Origin: Lingula anatina
Lineage: Eukaryota; Animalia; Brachiopoda
Direction: 5' to 3'
Assembly: GCA_051362555.1 (NCBI GenBank)
Contig: JBPQGU010000016.1
Span: 3,782,001 to 3,846,000 of the forward strand
DNA length: 64,000 nucleotides
Shown: positions 47,640 through 61,676 of the stretch, in pieces
Layout: each line of letters begins with the position of its first letter
Numbering within the stretch: the stretch's first letter is position 1
Made by a program: the position numbers and the translations under genes
The notes under the pieces: generated by a model
Database searches by the model: none
What the model was told of the DNA's origin: nothing
Seen by the model: only the letters and a program-made list of their open reading frames with translations

Positions 47640-50420
47640 CTCTGGTTATGACACGCCAGAAGAGGGCGGGATTATGGTAGGGGAGTTTTCGTGTCATTTA
47701 GGCGATTGACACGGTACTGTTAACACGCTTATGATTACGACTCCGTAGACGACATGGTTGATGAGTCCAGTGGAAGCGAACACTTTACCTTGGCTGATGT
47801 AATGAAAAAAATGGAAAGTAAAAAGAAAGAGGCGAAAGACTATTTCGACCATAGACTGTCTACTTTTAATGCCGAAGCCGGTAAAAACTGAAAGTCGACA
47901 ATATTTATCTTGGAAAATAGAAGGTAATCACCAGCAATTTGACTCAACAGTATTTGAAAATAAGATTATTGTGGTGAACAAACTGACAGTGCCTTACAGT
48001 CTTGGCAAGAGAAACAAACTTATCAGAATTGCTGACACTTTCGACACTGTTAAGGAACATACTGTTAATCCTCTTGCTTGTGATTCTGAGAGCGAGAGAG
48101 CTACAAAGAAAATAAAAGAAAACAAAAAGGGAGCCAAAAAAAATAAGGTTATATCAGCAGACCGACCGATAGGTGTGGCGATACTTCTCAGCGGAGAAGT
48201 CTTTATCGCAGCAGCGGGTCGTGACTTTGCTTAGCTTGTTGAGGAAAGGGCCATTTCATGCTTGAGTGACCAACTTACAGAGGGGAAAGTTATTCTACCA
48301 GAGTCCAACCCCAGAGATAAGGGAACATCTGGAATGGGATAGAAGGCGAAAGCATTGAAAAATAGATAAGTACCCGGTACATGTATGAGTGCGTTAGTTT
48401 CAATCAAGAGTTGCATAATTATGAACATGAGCAAAATCAGAAATTCATACCCGTGATAAGTAGGTTAAGAACCAATTTAAGTTTTTGGGAAGAAGTAGGG
48501 TATTCATTTTTTATTCTAGACTTGATAAAAATGGTTATAAATTTCCGTTTATAGCAACACCCTGTGGGATGAGGAAAGATAACAGCTTTCACCATTGAAA
48601 AATAAGTTTTTTGTTAAAAAGCTATTCTTGAATTGAAAAAGATGCGTTTGATTAAAAGGTGTAGCAAACAACCAATTGTTGATAACCCTTAAACAGAAGC
48701 AGTGCATAGCAGTGAAAAAAATAGATTGATTTTAGATGTACGAGAAGTAAACAAACATGTCCGTAAGCAGTCTGGTAGTTACGGTAGTTATGGAAAATTC
48801 AAGATCAGCAGATTTATTTTTGATTCTTAGTTCTTCCATTTGGGTTATCATTAGCACTTAATATTTTTTTTCAAAATTGACTTGGCAATTAATCAAAGAA
48901 TGGTTCGATGTTATTGGATGACGGTCTGTGGTACTGCAGTAACATAGATAGATTGGAGCATCAGGGTGCTGAGATCAAAGATGATATTGCTAAGTCAGGT
49001 TTTATGTAAATATATGAGAATACTATTTGGTCGTAGGTACAGAGTCTGGCATTTATAGGCATCGAAATAGATATTAGTATTGGGGAAATCAAAGTTCTTG
49101 ATATTAGATTAGCAAGTGCTAAGAGATCTGACATTATATTCGCACGAAAGTGAGCAGAGGTCTGGCTATGTCGGTCGGATTATACTATGTCTCATGTGTT
49201 GGGAAGTGTAAAACAACTAATGACAAATTATATTAGCATGGTTATTTCAAGTGCTTTTTCTTAGAATCAGAAAATGTGTGTGAAAGCATGCAGTCAAATT
49301 AGACCTTGGTGTAGTAAATCAGAATTTTACAGTTTTCACCTCAGTGCAATAAGGTAGTTTATTCTGATGCTAGTAGTACTGGGTTTGGAGGATATTGTGT
49401 GGAGACACCTAAAAGGGTGTGTTGCGGGGAATGGTCAGCTGACGAAGCGACGGAGAGCTCTACTTACAGAGAACTGATAGCTGTTTTCAGGGTCCTGTTC
49501 TCCATGGCAAACACGTTGAGTGTTTTGAGATTGAAGTGGTTTTCTGATAGCAAAGATGTTGTAAACATTAAAGAAAAAAGTAGCATGAGGAGTAAATTAC
49601 AACCTATTATTTTTGATGTTTTTCTTCTAATGGAGTTATTCAATAGAAATGAAAGGATACTGAGAGAAGAGAATACCCATGCAGATTATATAAGTAGAAG
49701 TGTGGATGTTGACAATTGGGGTATTTCTAAAGAATTATTCTCACATTTTGATAAGATATGGGGTCCTCATGAAGTGGATTGGTTAACGTCCTGCTACAAT
49801 GCTAAAGTACATATTTTTACTCTAGATTTTAGAATTCAGGAACAGTGAATGGGACACGCGTCATTTACGGATCTATCCTGGTCCTCAGATCAAATTCAGT
49901 CTCTTATTTCTACCAATGAGTTACAACAGACTCCTTGTTTCTATATTGTTTCCGACAGACTGTTCTGGTCCTTCGCCTGTAAATATCCATCATGACGTAA
50001 TCAAATGTGGCACCGAAACGTGCCCTTGGCTGACTCTGTTATGGTCTCAAAATTTTTGAAGCTTTAAGCTTTTAGATGCTACCTAGTTTCTTATTGAAAA
50101 GTCGAGATATAGAGGTGGCAATTGGCTTTTGATAAATCGGGTTAAATCGTATTTATGCCCAGTAAAAGTTCTTGAAAATATTTAGATTTCATTGGTAGGC
50201 CTCGATCCTAGCTACAGCTTTTCAAATTTACATGGCCTATTTTAAATATAATATCGTTGAGTTACAATGACAGTTATGTATGAAAATTGTATAACGACGA
50301 GGGGGAGTATCGGTGCGCGTACAACAGTAATTTATGAATACATTTTACAGTATTATGGAATATACATGTATATTAGCGCCCGTGGTCTTATTGATCAATT
50401 AATGTGTGAATGAATAAGTC
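47640..50420 (+). pseudogene. Copy 2 of the decayed DIRS element, lacking the MITE and ISL2EU insertions
   Basis: ORF 49399..49848 reads through RNase H into DNWGISKELF..WGPHEVDW, across the position where copy 1 is interrupted. Confidence 0.85.
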
Positions 50421-52369
50421 AAATCCACATGTACATCTGGGGCGGATCCAGAATTTTTTGGAAGGGTGGTGGTGTTTTTTTTACGGATTGACAAGGCCTC
50501 GGAGTGCAAGGCCGACCCTCACCCCTTTGGAGTTATGTTTGGGGCACGCTCGAGGGCCACGAAAAAGGGTGTTTTAGAGGGAAAATATCTCCATTTGATA
50601 CGGTTTATAACTATTATTCAGCTATAGATTTTGGGTGTAATTTTTTTATCAGAAATCGAAGTGAGGAGGGGGTCTGGATCCCCCCTGACACCCCCTCTTT
50701 ATCCGCCATGTACATGTATTAGACCGTGAACATTCGTGAACAGTTTCAACCACAGTCCCTCGCCTGAAATGAGCCATGCCTGTCTGTAATTTGCATAACA
50801 ATTACTTGCTCATCGTAGTGCGAGCTGTATTTCCGAATGCTCAGTAGGCAGTAGGACACAGCTAGGTGAAGACGCAATGTTCAACGTGCGGGTGCAGTCG
50901 CAACGCAGTCGTATGAGGCGTAGAAGCAAATGCATGTTTCGTAAGTAGCACTTTTTCTTCAGTATCGTATGTCAGTTGATAGAAAGAGAGTAGAAAAATG
51001 CAAAGAAATTTGCGACGAGTATTTACGGGTATGTTACTACTCTTTGTTGTCGCTGTCGCCTGTCGTTTCTGTTATGCCACTCAAAATATTATTTAGCAAA
51101 TTAGTAAATGGGCATATTACCACAAAGATCACGGACATATTTACATGATGGTACCGTATTTGTCACAGTTCCGAGCTTTTGATCCTAAGACAATGAACGA
51201 TAGTCAGTTTTAGTAGGTTTGTTAATTTCATTATACATGTACCTGTAAAATGCTTGTAAGCAGTGTTGAAACACGGGGAAATGATTTATTCTAAAGCGAA
51301 ATATGGTTCCCAAACGCGTGATGCAAAGCGATTTTAGATATTACAACTTTATATAGTAGGTAAAATAAATAAATAGTGATAACCTACACAAACTAGAGGA
51401 GTGTTTTCAATATTTTTTTTTTCAAAGCAAGATATCTGAAATATCTTTATTACTAACTTCAGGTCTTAAATGTGGCGTTAGGCAACATAGAATCGATTGC
51501 TTTTTTGGGGTGCTATCTGAGCCTGAACTATGGACAAGTCAGATATTGTTAACATTACCTTCTTATTTCAGAAGTCCACTGAGATACTGAGAACTGCACG
51601 GCACCTGGCTGCTAGCAACCAAGCCTGTCATTCACCCTCTGGAACCCTACGCACATCCATGCATCTTTTGTTTTAAAATTGAATAAATACGTTTGTCATT
51701 CCTTGTGTTCTTATTCACTTCCATATGAAATGATGATAAAATATTAATAATAATAATAATAATAATAGAGGGTTAGGGGTAAAATTGTAAAGATATTATT
51801 GTTTGAGCACTTTCAAATTAAATCTGCTAAAACTGATCTGTAAGCATTGTGTTTGGGATTGATGATTTCTCCAGTAACAGAGGATGTCGTAAATCGAAAG
51901 GATTAAAAGTTTTGTTAATATGCCCAGTATTTTGTAAATAATTGAGAGCATTTTAAGAATACATCTACAGGATTTCCAACAGCCCACATTTATAAATACA
52001 ATTTGTATGAATTTACGATATTGCTTTTTTAAAAATCTGTCCTACATTTTTTATAGTGAGACGGGTTTTTTAATATCTATTTATAAATTAGTTCATCCTC
52101 CCAGATAAAATTTTCTTAATTTAATATAAGTCCATATTCTAAGGGTTTTGGTTTGCTAGAGAAAATTGTTTCAAATTTCACGACCTTCTCATCAAACGAA
52201 CGCTTCAATTTTAAATTAAAACGGAAATATAAGAGATCTTGACACACTTTTGAAATGGGAACAATGAAATTTGCTCCTCCACCCAAAACTTAGAACTGCA
52301 TATTCTGATATGTTTGAAAATGTCTCATTAAAATCATAATTAAAATAAATTGATCCTTTTATATAAAGA

Positions 52370-52828
52370 AATGGACTCGCCCCACCTGTCACCCCTCAAA
52401 TCGAATGGACTTGTCCCACCTGTCACCCCTCAGATGAAATGGACTCGCCCCATCTGTCACCCCTCAAATCGAATGGACTCGCCCCACCTGTCACCCTTCA
52501 AATCGAATGGACTCGTCCCACCTGTCACCCCTCAAATGGAATGGACTCACCCCACCTGTCACCCCTCAAATCGAATGGACTCGCCCCACCTGTCACCCCT
52601 CAAATGGAATGGACTCGTCCCACCTGTCACCCCTCAGATGGAATGGACTCGCCCCACCTGTCACCCCTCAGATGAAATGGACTCGCCCCACCTGTCACCC
52701 CTCAGATGAAATGAACTCGCCCCACCTGTCACCCCTAAGATGAAATGGACTCGCCCCACCTGTCACCCCTCAAATGGAATGGACTCGTCCCACCTGTCAC
52801 CCCTCAAATCGAATGGACTCGACCCACT
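52370..52828 (+). repeat. 34-bp minisatellite, ~13.5 copies
   Basis: Same unit as 14561-14951, two units longer. Confidence 0.97.
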
Positions 52829-52848
52829 TGAAAACTTTCAATGCAGGT

Positions 52849-55160
52849 CAGTGGTGGGTGGAAGGGTATCACGTGATTTTTGGGAGCCAATGAAATAAGC
52901 AGGAATTTTACACTCCGTTATAGGTAAACAAAATGGCACGTTCGACGCACCAGGAGGATTGTTTATTTAGGAGGCATGCACATAAATTTGGTGGGTATTT
53001 TAAAAGCATTTTACTATTTACAACGATCAGTACCATCTCAACTTAACTCATGTGAAGTGATTTTCAAGTGTTTGGTCTGTTTATGTTTTTATGACAATTT
53101 AAATTAGGCATAGCTTCATATGTAGTTTGACAATTGTAAACTGAAGTTTTCACACCACAAGCCTTCTTTCAAGTGAAATATCTCGAAAAGCACTGGGACG
53201 ATTTTTTTCCAACTTTTCAGTAATGTTGCTCATTTATTTGTTGACAAAAAGTGCCGATGGCACCCGATGGCACCCCTGGATCTTTGGAGTTATAGACGGT
53301 ATAATCCTTCATACCCAATTACGACCATTTTTGTAGGAATGCGTCTTTATAATGTTAAACTCCCTCATTAAAAAGCATATATCTGAAAAAGTAAACGGTA
53401 GATTTTTTCCAAATCTTAATCTGACGTTTTTCGTGTACCTTTTTACATAATATGTAGCCTGCAACTGACAGCACCCCTGGGTCTTTGGATATATAGACAA
53501 TGCAGTGCCATGGCAAATTACGGCCATTTTTGTTTGAGTGAATTTTGGATCACGCAAACCCCGTCTTTCAAATCAAATATCTGAAAAAGCAATCGGACAA
53601 TTATTTTCAAAATTGTCAGAAATGTTGCTTAGATATTGGTTAGCAAAAAGAGCCTATGGCACCCAATGGCACCCCAGGATCTTGAGAATTATAGGCTGTA
53701 TATAGTGCATGCCAAAGTACTGTTTTGGTTATCCCACGGCCAGCATTTATAACAACAGCATAATTGCACTTGTATATCACTTACATGCTTGTCTGTATTT
53801 TAAAGCATAATGTGCAATCTGAACACTATACAAGCACATTCCTACAACTGTTGAAGGGCTAGTCATGGTATTAGTCAGTTACAACTACTTGTCATTCACT
53901 GTGTATGATGTACAAGAACCTATTATATCTCAACTGTAGCTCCATATAATAGCACTCTTTTATGCCACATACAGTAATTGGCTCAAGTACATATCAAATA
54001 AACATTTTTTTAAAATACTGATGATAGTCTCATATCTTTTTCAGCATGGACTACAATTTTTATTTTTGAAATGCTGTGCACTATAAAGGTGAGAAGTAAT
54101 TCATCGGAATGCCATAGTTGTAAACTTGTGACTTATGTTTCCATTGCTCATCTATTTCGTTAACATTGACAAAAACATGTTCTGTGTTTGTTTTGCCTAA
54201 ACTTTCATTTTAATCTTACTATCATAAAAATTGAAATCATATTTAAGTATAATGGTAACAGGTTACCTAAAAAGTTGAAGCCTTATCCAGTTAAATAATA
54301 ATAATATCAAATATAAAACATTTACTGCTTTTTAATTTCAGGGAATGGAAACAGCTTTTAACCTCATAATGGGATACCGCCTATGGATTGTAGCTGAAAT
54401 TAGAGACTTGAGATAACAGGAATGATGTTTGTTATTTCCAAAATCTGTGCCTTCATGGAGTGTGACATTGTAATAAACATGATTGCTTTTTAATTACTCA
54501 GTCATCAAATGTTAAATTAGTAGTTTGTCACAATATCAAATATTGTATTATCTGCATAGAGAATTCCCCTCATCTTTTGTAAGTTAAGTTTTGATTAATT
54601 AAGTAAAGTGAGTAGTAAGTCTCATGAACTTGGAGAAAATTAAATACTGCAGATCTTGAAAAAACTTCGTTTATTGTGATTTCTGTCAGGTATGAGGATT
54701 TGTAAATGTTGATAATACATTACATTTTCTGTCTCTTATTATATGCATTTACCATGATTTCTCACTCTGAGTAATGTTCGCATCTGGCAAACTAACTTGA
54801 AATTCAAGGCATATTTTATAGTTTTAAAAAAGTGATATTAAAATCTGACCAATACGAATTTAAAGTAATCTGAATTCTATCAGGATTTCAGTCTTGCCTG
54901 TGCTATGTATGTATTTGTAGGTTGTCACCCTTTTAAATCATTTAAAAAGTATTATTATATTATTTCAATATTTTGTGAATATTTAAATGAGTTATAAAAT
55001 TTATAAGAAAAATGTAAGAAATAAAATATACTGTTAATTATGTTTTTATGAAATATGTGAAATAAAAAGTTTATAATCATATCAAAGTTCTTCCATTTGT
55101 TTATGATAATTTTGTCATTTTACATTTTCTTTGCCTTAAACTTTGGTCAAGCTTACTTTC

Positions 55161-55214
<54 letters not shown>

Positions 55215-55772
55215 TTGTCACATGCCCTTTCTTATAGTTATCTGAATTATCAACTTGTCATAATTTACTATTTTAATTTCTAGAGTTAATTATTATTCTT
55301 ATTCAAACAAGAAATTATCAATTATACACAGAAAAATTAAAGTCAATAACAAATCAACACTGCCAGCAAATTTTACTCTGCCCAAGCTACAGTCACTATA
55401 TATAGGATAGTAGGCCTACACACTGACAGAGATGTGATACCTATGCCACGGTGACATTTTACAACTCTACTCGTCGGTTTGTTGATCATAAATTGCACAT
55501 TTTTTCAAGTGTTTCATTATTAGTTTGTAGCATCCATATTTATATTTATATACATTTATACATAATGAAACAAAGTCGGCGTAACGTTACGCAAATGCCC
55601 CAATAAACAATGCATCGCACACAGTTGCGCCAACGCTTTACTGGACGAAGACGCAGGAAGACGTCGCCGGGAGCTCACTTTCGATGTTCACTCTTCGACG
55701 GCAAAACGTCAAATGACTGACGTGCGTGCGCATCATTTGACGTATCACGTGATACCCTTCCAACCACCACTG
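52849..55772. mobile_element. 2.9-kb non-autonomous TIR DNA transposon with a 9-bp TSD (Mutator/MULE-like by TSD length)
   Basis: 29-bp TIR CAGTGGTGG(G/T)TGGAAGGGTATCACGTGAT with one mismatch; AATGCAGGT at 52840-52848 and 55773-55781. Internal ~200-bp diverged repeats at ~53175-53720 and poly(A) at 55162-55212; no transposase ORF. Confidence 0.9.
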
Positions 55773-56569
55773 AATGCAGGTCGTCTTCTTACAGGGTCTA
55801 GCTATCCAGTGACCAACCAGGAGCATAGCTTGCACTGCGATGCGCGACTTTTTCTTATGCAAATTACAACTGGTACAGTGCATGGCACATTTGAGGAGTT
55901 GCTGTGGAAATTGGTCTCAAAGAACGGCGAAATTATGGAAATTATTTTACTATTGTGACAAGGCTATTACCCGCGTAGACCTATTTGTCACCATACATAA
56001 TATTTTTCTAGGACAACTAGTTTATATTAAATCAAAAACTAAAAATAGCAATGAAGATAGGTATAACAAGTAAATGATGATGCTCATACATTCGGGGAGT
56101 AGCTTTGCGTAGGATGAAATATATTGTATTGTACGCCCCCCTGGCTGTCGATTGTAAGTAATAGACATAAACTGGCCCGCTCGAAGATTCTGCGGGACCG
56201 TGGTCAAAGTTAAATAAAAATAACCATGATTAAGGGAAGTTATTGAAGTTATCAATTTAAGATTTTAGAGATACTAATAAATTTACCTTTTTTAACACTG
56301 GTCGTATTCACAAAAGATCGTAAACATTACAGAGAGAAGGAAAAGTACCCAAGAGAAGGGAGGTGGGGGGGTGTGTGAAGGAGCGCAATGTGAAACAAAT
56401 TAATATTATGTTCTTATTTATCTATTCAATTTCATAAATAATTTGTAAACTCTTCACTCTTGATTCAAATAAATAAAAAGCAACAATTAAAACTTGTAGT
56501 ACTTGCCACAGAAGCCAAACTGAAGTAAAACATTTGAAATAGCATAAAAAGAGGAAGACAAGTAAAAAA

Positions 56570-58450
56570 AATTAAATTCTCAAATTTTTAGAAACTAATA
56601 ATCTTTCTTCGACAGTATCCTTAACATAACCGTCTTTTGTGTTTTCAGATCGCCATCTACCGTGTTTCTTAAACAGTCTGTCTTTAGTCCCTGCATTAGA
56701 ATCCAGCATATGAAATCAAACAAACGGAAAGTACTCGGAGATCCTTCAAAGTGACTTCAGAACTCATAAAATTAGTAACCAATTTAGAAATGTGCTTAGC
56801 AGTTACAGGTTCCTTTTTTGTTACTCTATGATCTTTCCGTCTCTGAGATGCTTCCTTCACTGCAATAACGAATTTTGACTCGCAATTTCGGATTTTTCTT
56901 ACAGTTGGCTGTACCATGAAACCATTTTAAAGTGTAAAAAGATGTCTAAACCGCAGCAGAATAATTACAAGTTTGTGACAAATTTTGAAGATAAAAAGCA
57001 ACAATCGAGTCTTTCGCTGTAAAGAAAGAGGTCACACCGATCGTATTACACCGTTCAAGCCATTTTTGGAAGCCGTAAGAATATTTTCTCACTGTGTTGT
57101 CTGCTCTTGACTTCAAAATGACATCTGGTAATGAATCTGCTAAAGCCTTCAAACTTTTATTGCTTGTAACCTCCACGTCTTGGAGGATAGCATTATCAAG
57201 AAAACATGAAAAAGGAAAAAAAGAAAATTTTTGAAAACAAAACTCTAGCAATCGTTCCCATAATCTCTGTTCATCCTGGACAATAATCATGTCCATGTTA
57301 ACTGTCATTGATCAATGATTGTGATCCTAATGGCCATTTCTTCCATTCCTTCCTTCAATGTTGCAGAACTCCATTACAGCATGTTGTATCGATAACCCAT
57401 TGGTAACTAGAGCGCAGACCTCCGCCAAGGCAGCGGTTTTTTATTATTATTGATTTTTGATTGATTATTGATCCGGATCACCACCAAAAAATAATCATCT
57501 CTTCCTTGGCCCACTTCGTTCAGTTCCTGAAAAATTCATCAAAATCGGTCTAAGAAATACATAAACAAAGCCATCTCCATTATATCAATGATCCAGTGAT
57601 CGTCTGTTTATCTCTCCTTCGAAGAAAGTGAGTTTTAAATTCTATAAACAGATGACCAATTATTCATCTACTTTAAATCCCTTTAAATATGAAAAACTTA
57701 TTCGTATTTAAAACAAATGGTCCCAAACCGGGTTTTCTGGCATCTGAATAGACCGTTTTTAACTTACTAGGCAAGCTTTGTACACGTAGACTTTTCTCAT
57801 TTAAAAAAAAAAAAAGAAAACTAAATTGTCTTTCCAAAAATTAATTCTTTAATGCAAGACATTCGTCTTTAATATTAATATTAAAATCCCAATGCTTCCT
57901 CTAGTTATTTATCTAGATACATTTCCAATCAATGGAGACATAATAATAAAACAGAAATAATTTTACCTGTAACCCTGGCCAATTTTATAGCTGTTATATA
58001 CGGTAAATCTGAAACCAATTCGTCTAAAAGACACAGAGCATTACTAGTACATGTAGAAAGCCTTCTTTCGGGAATAAACAATCCCCTTACTTCCATGTCC
58101 CAAATAATCCCCAACCATTCCAATTTGTTGACTGGTTCTAATTTACTTTTTTCAGCGTTTAAAACAAAATCTGCTTTAAACAGATCCATTTTAATTTTTT
58201 AGAATGTAGTTTTAAATGTAATATATTTTTCTAGGGAATTTTCAGACACAATACCGTCATCTAAATAAACAACAATGGGGATTCCATTTTTCTCCAATAC
58301 CCAACTAAACGTCTAAGTATTTTAGTAAAAATAAACGGTGCTGAAGAAAGGCCAAACGAAAGTACCAAAAAAAAAAAAAAAAAAAGAATTCTTTCCGTTG
58401 ATTTAAAAAAGTTTGAGATGCCGGAGCAATATCTAAATGGTGAATAAATA
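56570..58450 (-). pseudogene. Copy 2 of the minus-strand DIRS relic
   Basis: ORFs 56696..56917, 56946..57308 and 57929..58189 translate identically to copy 1. Confidence 0.9.
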
Positions 58451-58479
58451 AATAAACACAACACTTAACTGCAGAATTA

Positions 58480-59350
58480 TCTCAACAAATATTATCTGTG
58501 GTCTTGCTCACATTCCCAAAAGTGAGAGTGTAATATGCCTTTGGTCCATGCAACCAGATCTCTTGTCCTCCTTGTCTGTTCAGCCTAAAATATAAAATTG
58601 CAAGACAGCTATTTAATTCTTAATGCATAACTCTATTAAAAAGGAAAATGTCCATGATGGAAAAAAACTCATTTATTTTTTCTACCTGAAGATATGGAAA
58701 ATGGTGCAATAGTTTGTGTTGTTCTCATGCATATCTACTCACAGTGATTTTTGCCCCATGCCAAATGTCCCACGAATGTTTTATCCCGATTCATTTTTTT
58801 TTTCTGAAATAAGAAAAATTTAGCTAAATATATAGAGAGATATAACAAAAAAATAGCAAGAATTGCAACTAAATAATCACATACATGTAGATACATTTCA
58901 CATACTAAATTTGCTTTCTAATTATTATAGTAAGACCTAAACAGCACTTTGTACTTAAGTGTGCAACAAGGGCATCTTTGACCACTTCTGTTGCACTGAT
59001 TCCTTTTTTTTTTTTTTTCAGGAAATCCATAGCCCTGACAAACCCTTCCTTCTCCATTACAGAGCTACTCAGCTTGGTTTCTTTCTTCCTTACAACTTCT
59101 GCTTCCAACACATCCCCTGTTTCATAGTCAACAATAATGCTCGCGCAATATTGTGCACTATGTTCTGGGCTGTCCATTCTCAAATCAACTATGAATAAAT
59201 GGGATATATCGAAACACGGACATCATAAATATGTGGTGCGACAATTCCTAAAACAACACTTGGTGGGATTTAGGACACATTCCTATAGACACCACAGGTC
59301 TACATTGATCGACCAGACTTGGCATGGATTTTCACTGCTATCAGCTGAAT
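58480..59350 (-). pseudogene. Copy 2 of the Kolobok-like transposase relic
   Basis: RMDSPEHSAQYC...MEKEGF...EVVKDA and HSWDIWHGAK. Confidence 0.6.
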
Positions 59351-59400
59351 AGGTAACCCCCCCCCCCTCTAAGAAATAAAATTGTTCATGTTCCTTTTGT

Positions 59401-59477
<77 letters not shown>

Positions 59478-61676
59478 CCAAAGGAATAGAGGGTAATAAG
59501 TCATACTCAAATTATATTTTAGGATGCCAACCCATGTTATTTTCATCTTATTCCTTCTCAAAGTGTGTCTTGCCGTTAAATGTAAAGCTCTATGTTATTT
59601 AATGAAAGACAATATAAGTTCCATCTGTTTAGAGATGTATGTCGGTCTGCTTTATAGCAATTAAGTCCCTGCTGTGGTTTAGGCCTACTGGTCACAACCA
59701 GAACATCAGAACCACTGCTTCCATCCACCGCTTCTACTTGTGGACATGGGTACACTTGATATAGAAACAAAACACGCATTTAGTTAAAATTTTAGATTAA
59801 TCCATTTAATCCATAAAGTTTAAATAACACATTTGCAATAAAGTTTTTGATTAAGTTTTTTATCAAAATTAAAATAGATTATTGTAATAATGTTATTAAA
59901 GTATGTGCCCTTTTTCAAATGCAAAGAATGCAAAGCAACCCTTATATATACATGTACCTGTATATAAATATGTTTGATAAGAACTCTTGGAGATATTTAA
60001 GCACATTTAAAAGACACTCACTCAGAAACAGAGTTTTCAATATCGCTTAATTTGGGATCAGGAATGGACTTAGCAGTGGTCCTCACCCTCGCCTGAACAA
60101 AGAAGCTCAAACAAATCAAGAACAAATCAATATCCGAATAACGACGGTGATATGGCCCTGCTGGCGCATATTAATTTCGTGATCTGTAAACACAGGGAAT
60201 CAGCAGTTGTAAACATTCTCTTATAGTATATTTTGAACAAGCTGTCTGTACAGGGAGGGGGGGGGGGGGCGGGATCGGCCCGCCCCCTTAAAATATTCCT
60301 GGATCCGCCCCTGGATCCGCCACATGGTACCTATCTGTATCTTAAAAAAAAAAAAAAAAACTGCTGGTATATGATAGACGGGAAGAGGGAGCGCATGGGA
60401 AATGACGGTGTAGGCCGGATCTAAAGCCTTCCACAGTTTCAGCAGTAACTTGTTGGTCACTTCGTTCATTCCACTCGGTGACTGTTCTGGTAAAGAAAGA
60501 GTTTCAAACTGGTGTGTCGCAGTGTGATTCTTGCACTTAAAGTTTGTTTTAAATCCTAATATTAGCACATAAATGTAATTTATTCTAAAATGTGAGGCCT
60601 AATTATAAGGAGCTACGGGCAAATTTCTTCAACAATCAGTTTCTTTTTCAAACTGATTGTTTGACACATCATGATAACAACGGAAACCACCAAACTTCAA
60701 TTAAGATAATTAATTGTATTTATGTAGCAAATGGGTTGTTTTAGTGGTGGTATTAACTTTTTGGTAATACATCAACGTTTTGTTTATAGGAAATTAGTCT
60801 GGTTAGTTAGTAGTAGGTAGTAGGATGGTAGTTTGGGTCTTGTGTCTGCACATTTTTACCTTAAGTAGTTGACCAAGGCAAGGTGATAACAGATGTCCCG
60901 GGTTAAGGAATTTCTTAGCTGCTGTGTATCTAGGCACACACATTTGCACCCCCACCTTTAATAATTATATATTTCTTTTTAGTTACCCGCACGAAAATGC
61001 AGTAGTATCGAAGTAGCAAAGCGGCGGGAGCATATTTGCAGAATGGCCTACTGCAATTCTACTCCAAAAAGTACATAGGTTTGTGCAGAGAGGAGCATAA
61101 ATGCATAATTTTTTTAATTCCCATGACAAAACACCCCGGTGACTCCCTTCGCCACATAAGTTTTCATGTAATTATTAAACAGAGCAAAAAATCTCCCTAT
61201 TTCTGTAGAATTATAAATTTTATGAAAGATGTTTTTGGGACTAATTCTATTGAGCTGCATTCAGTGAGAAGTCATTCAGCTTTGTAGCTGCGGAGATATT
61301 GACGGCCGCACTAAAAAATTCCTGCAAAACTGCATGAACAGAATATTTTGGTGAAACATTTCCTATTCTCATAGACAGCAGACTCACTGACGTAACTCCC
61401 AATGCCACAAAAAGTTACTTTTCATACCGGCAGTACTGTAATTGAACATGTGCATTCTCTTGTTTGTAAACAAACCACTGCACTGCTCACAGTTGTAAGC
61501 TCCCTCCGCCAGATGTCCGAAACTGTATAGCACTGAGCCAGGTCTCGCCAAAAATAAGAAGCAATTTAGGCCCAAACCTGCTACTTGACACCAAATTAAC
61601 CACTAGCAACACACAAAAAAGGCAGGAAAAAAACTGGAAACAATCACTAATTTTTCAAGCAGAACTTCATTCGTGA

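Noticed and set aside
55162-55212. Poly(A) as the tail of a retroposed insertion
   Set aside because: No convincing TSD or SINE/LINE body was identified next to it.
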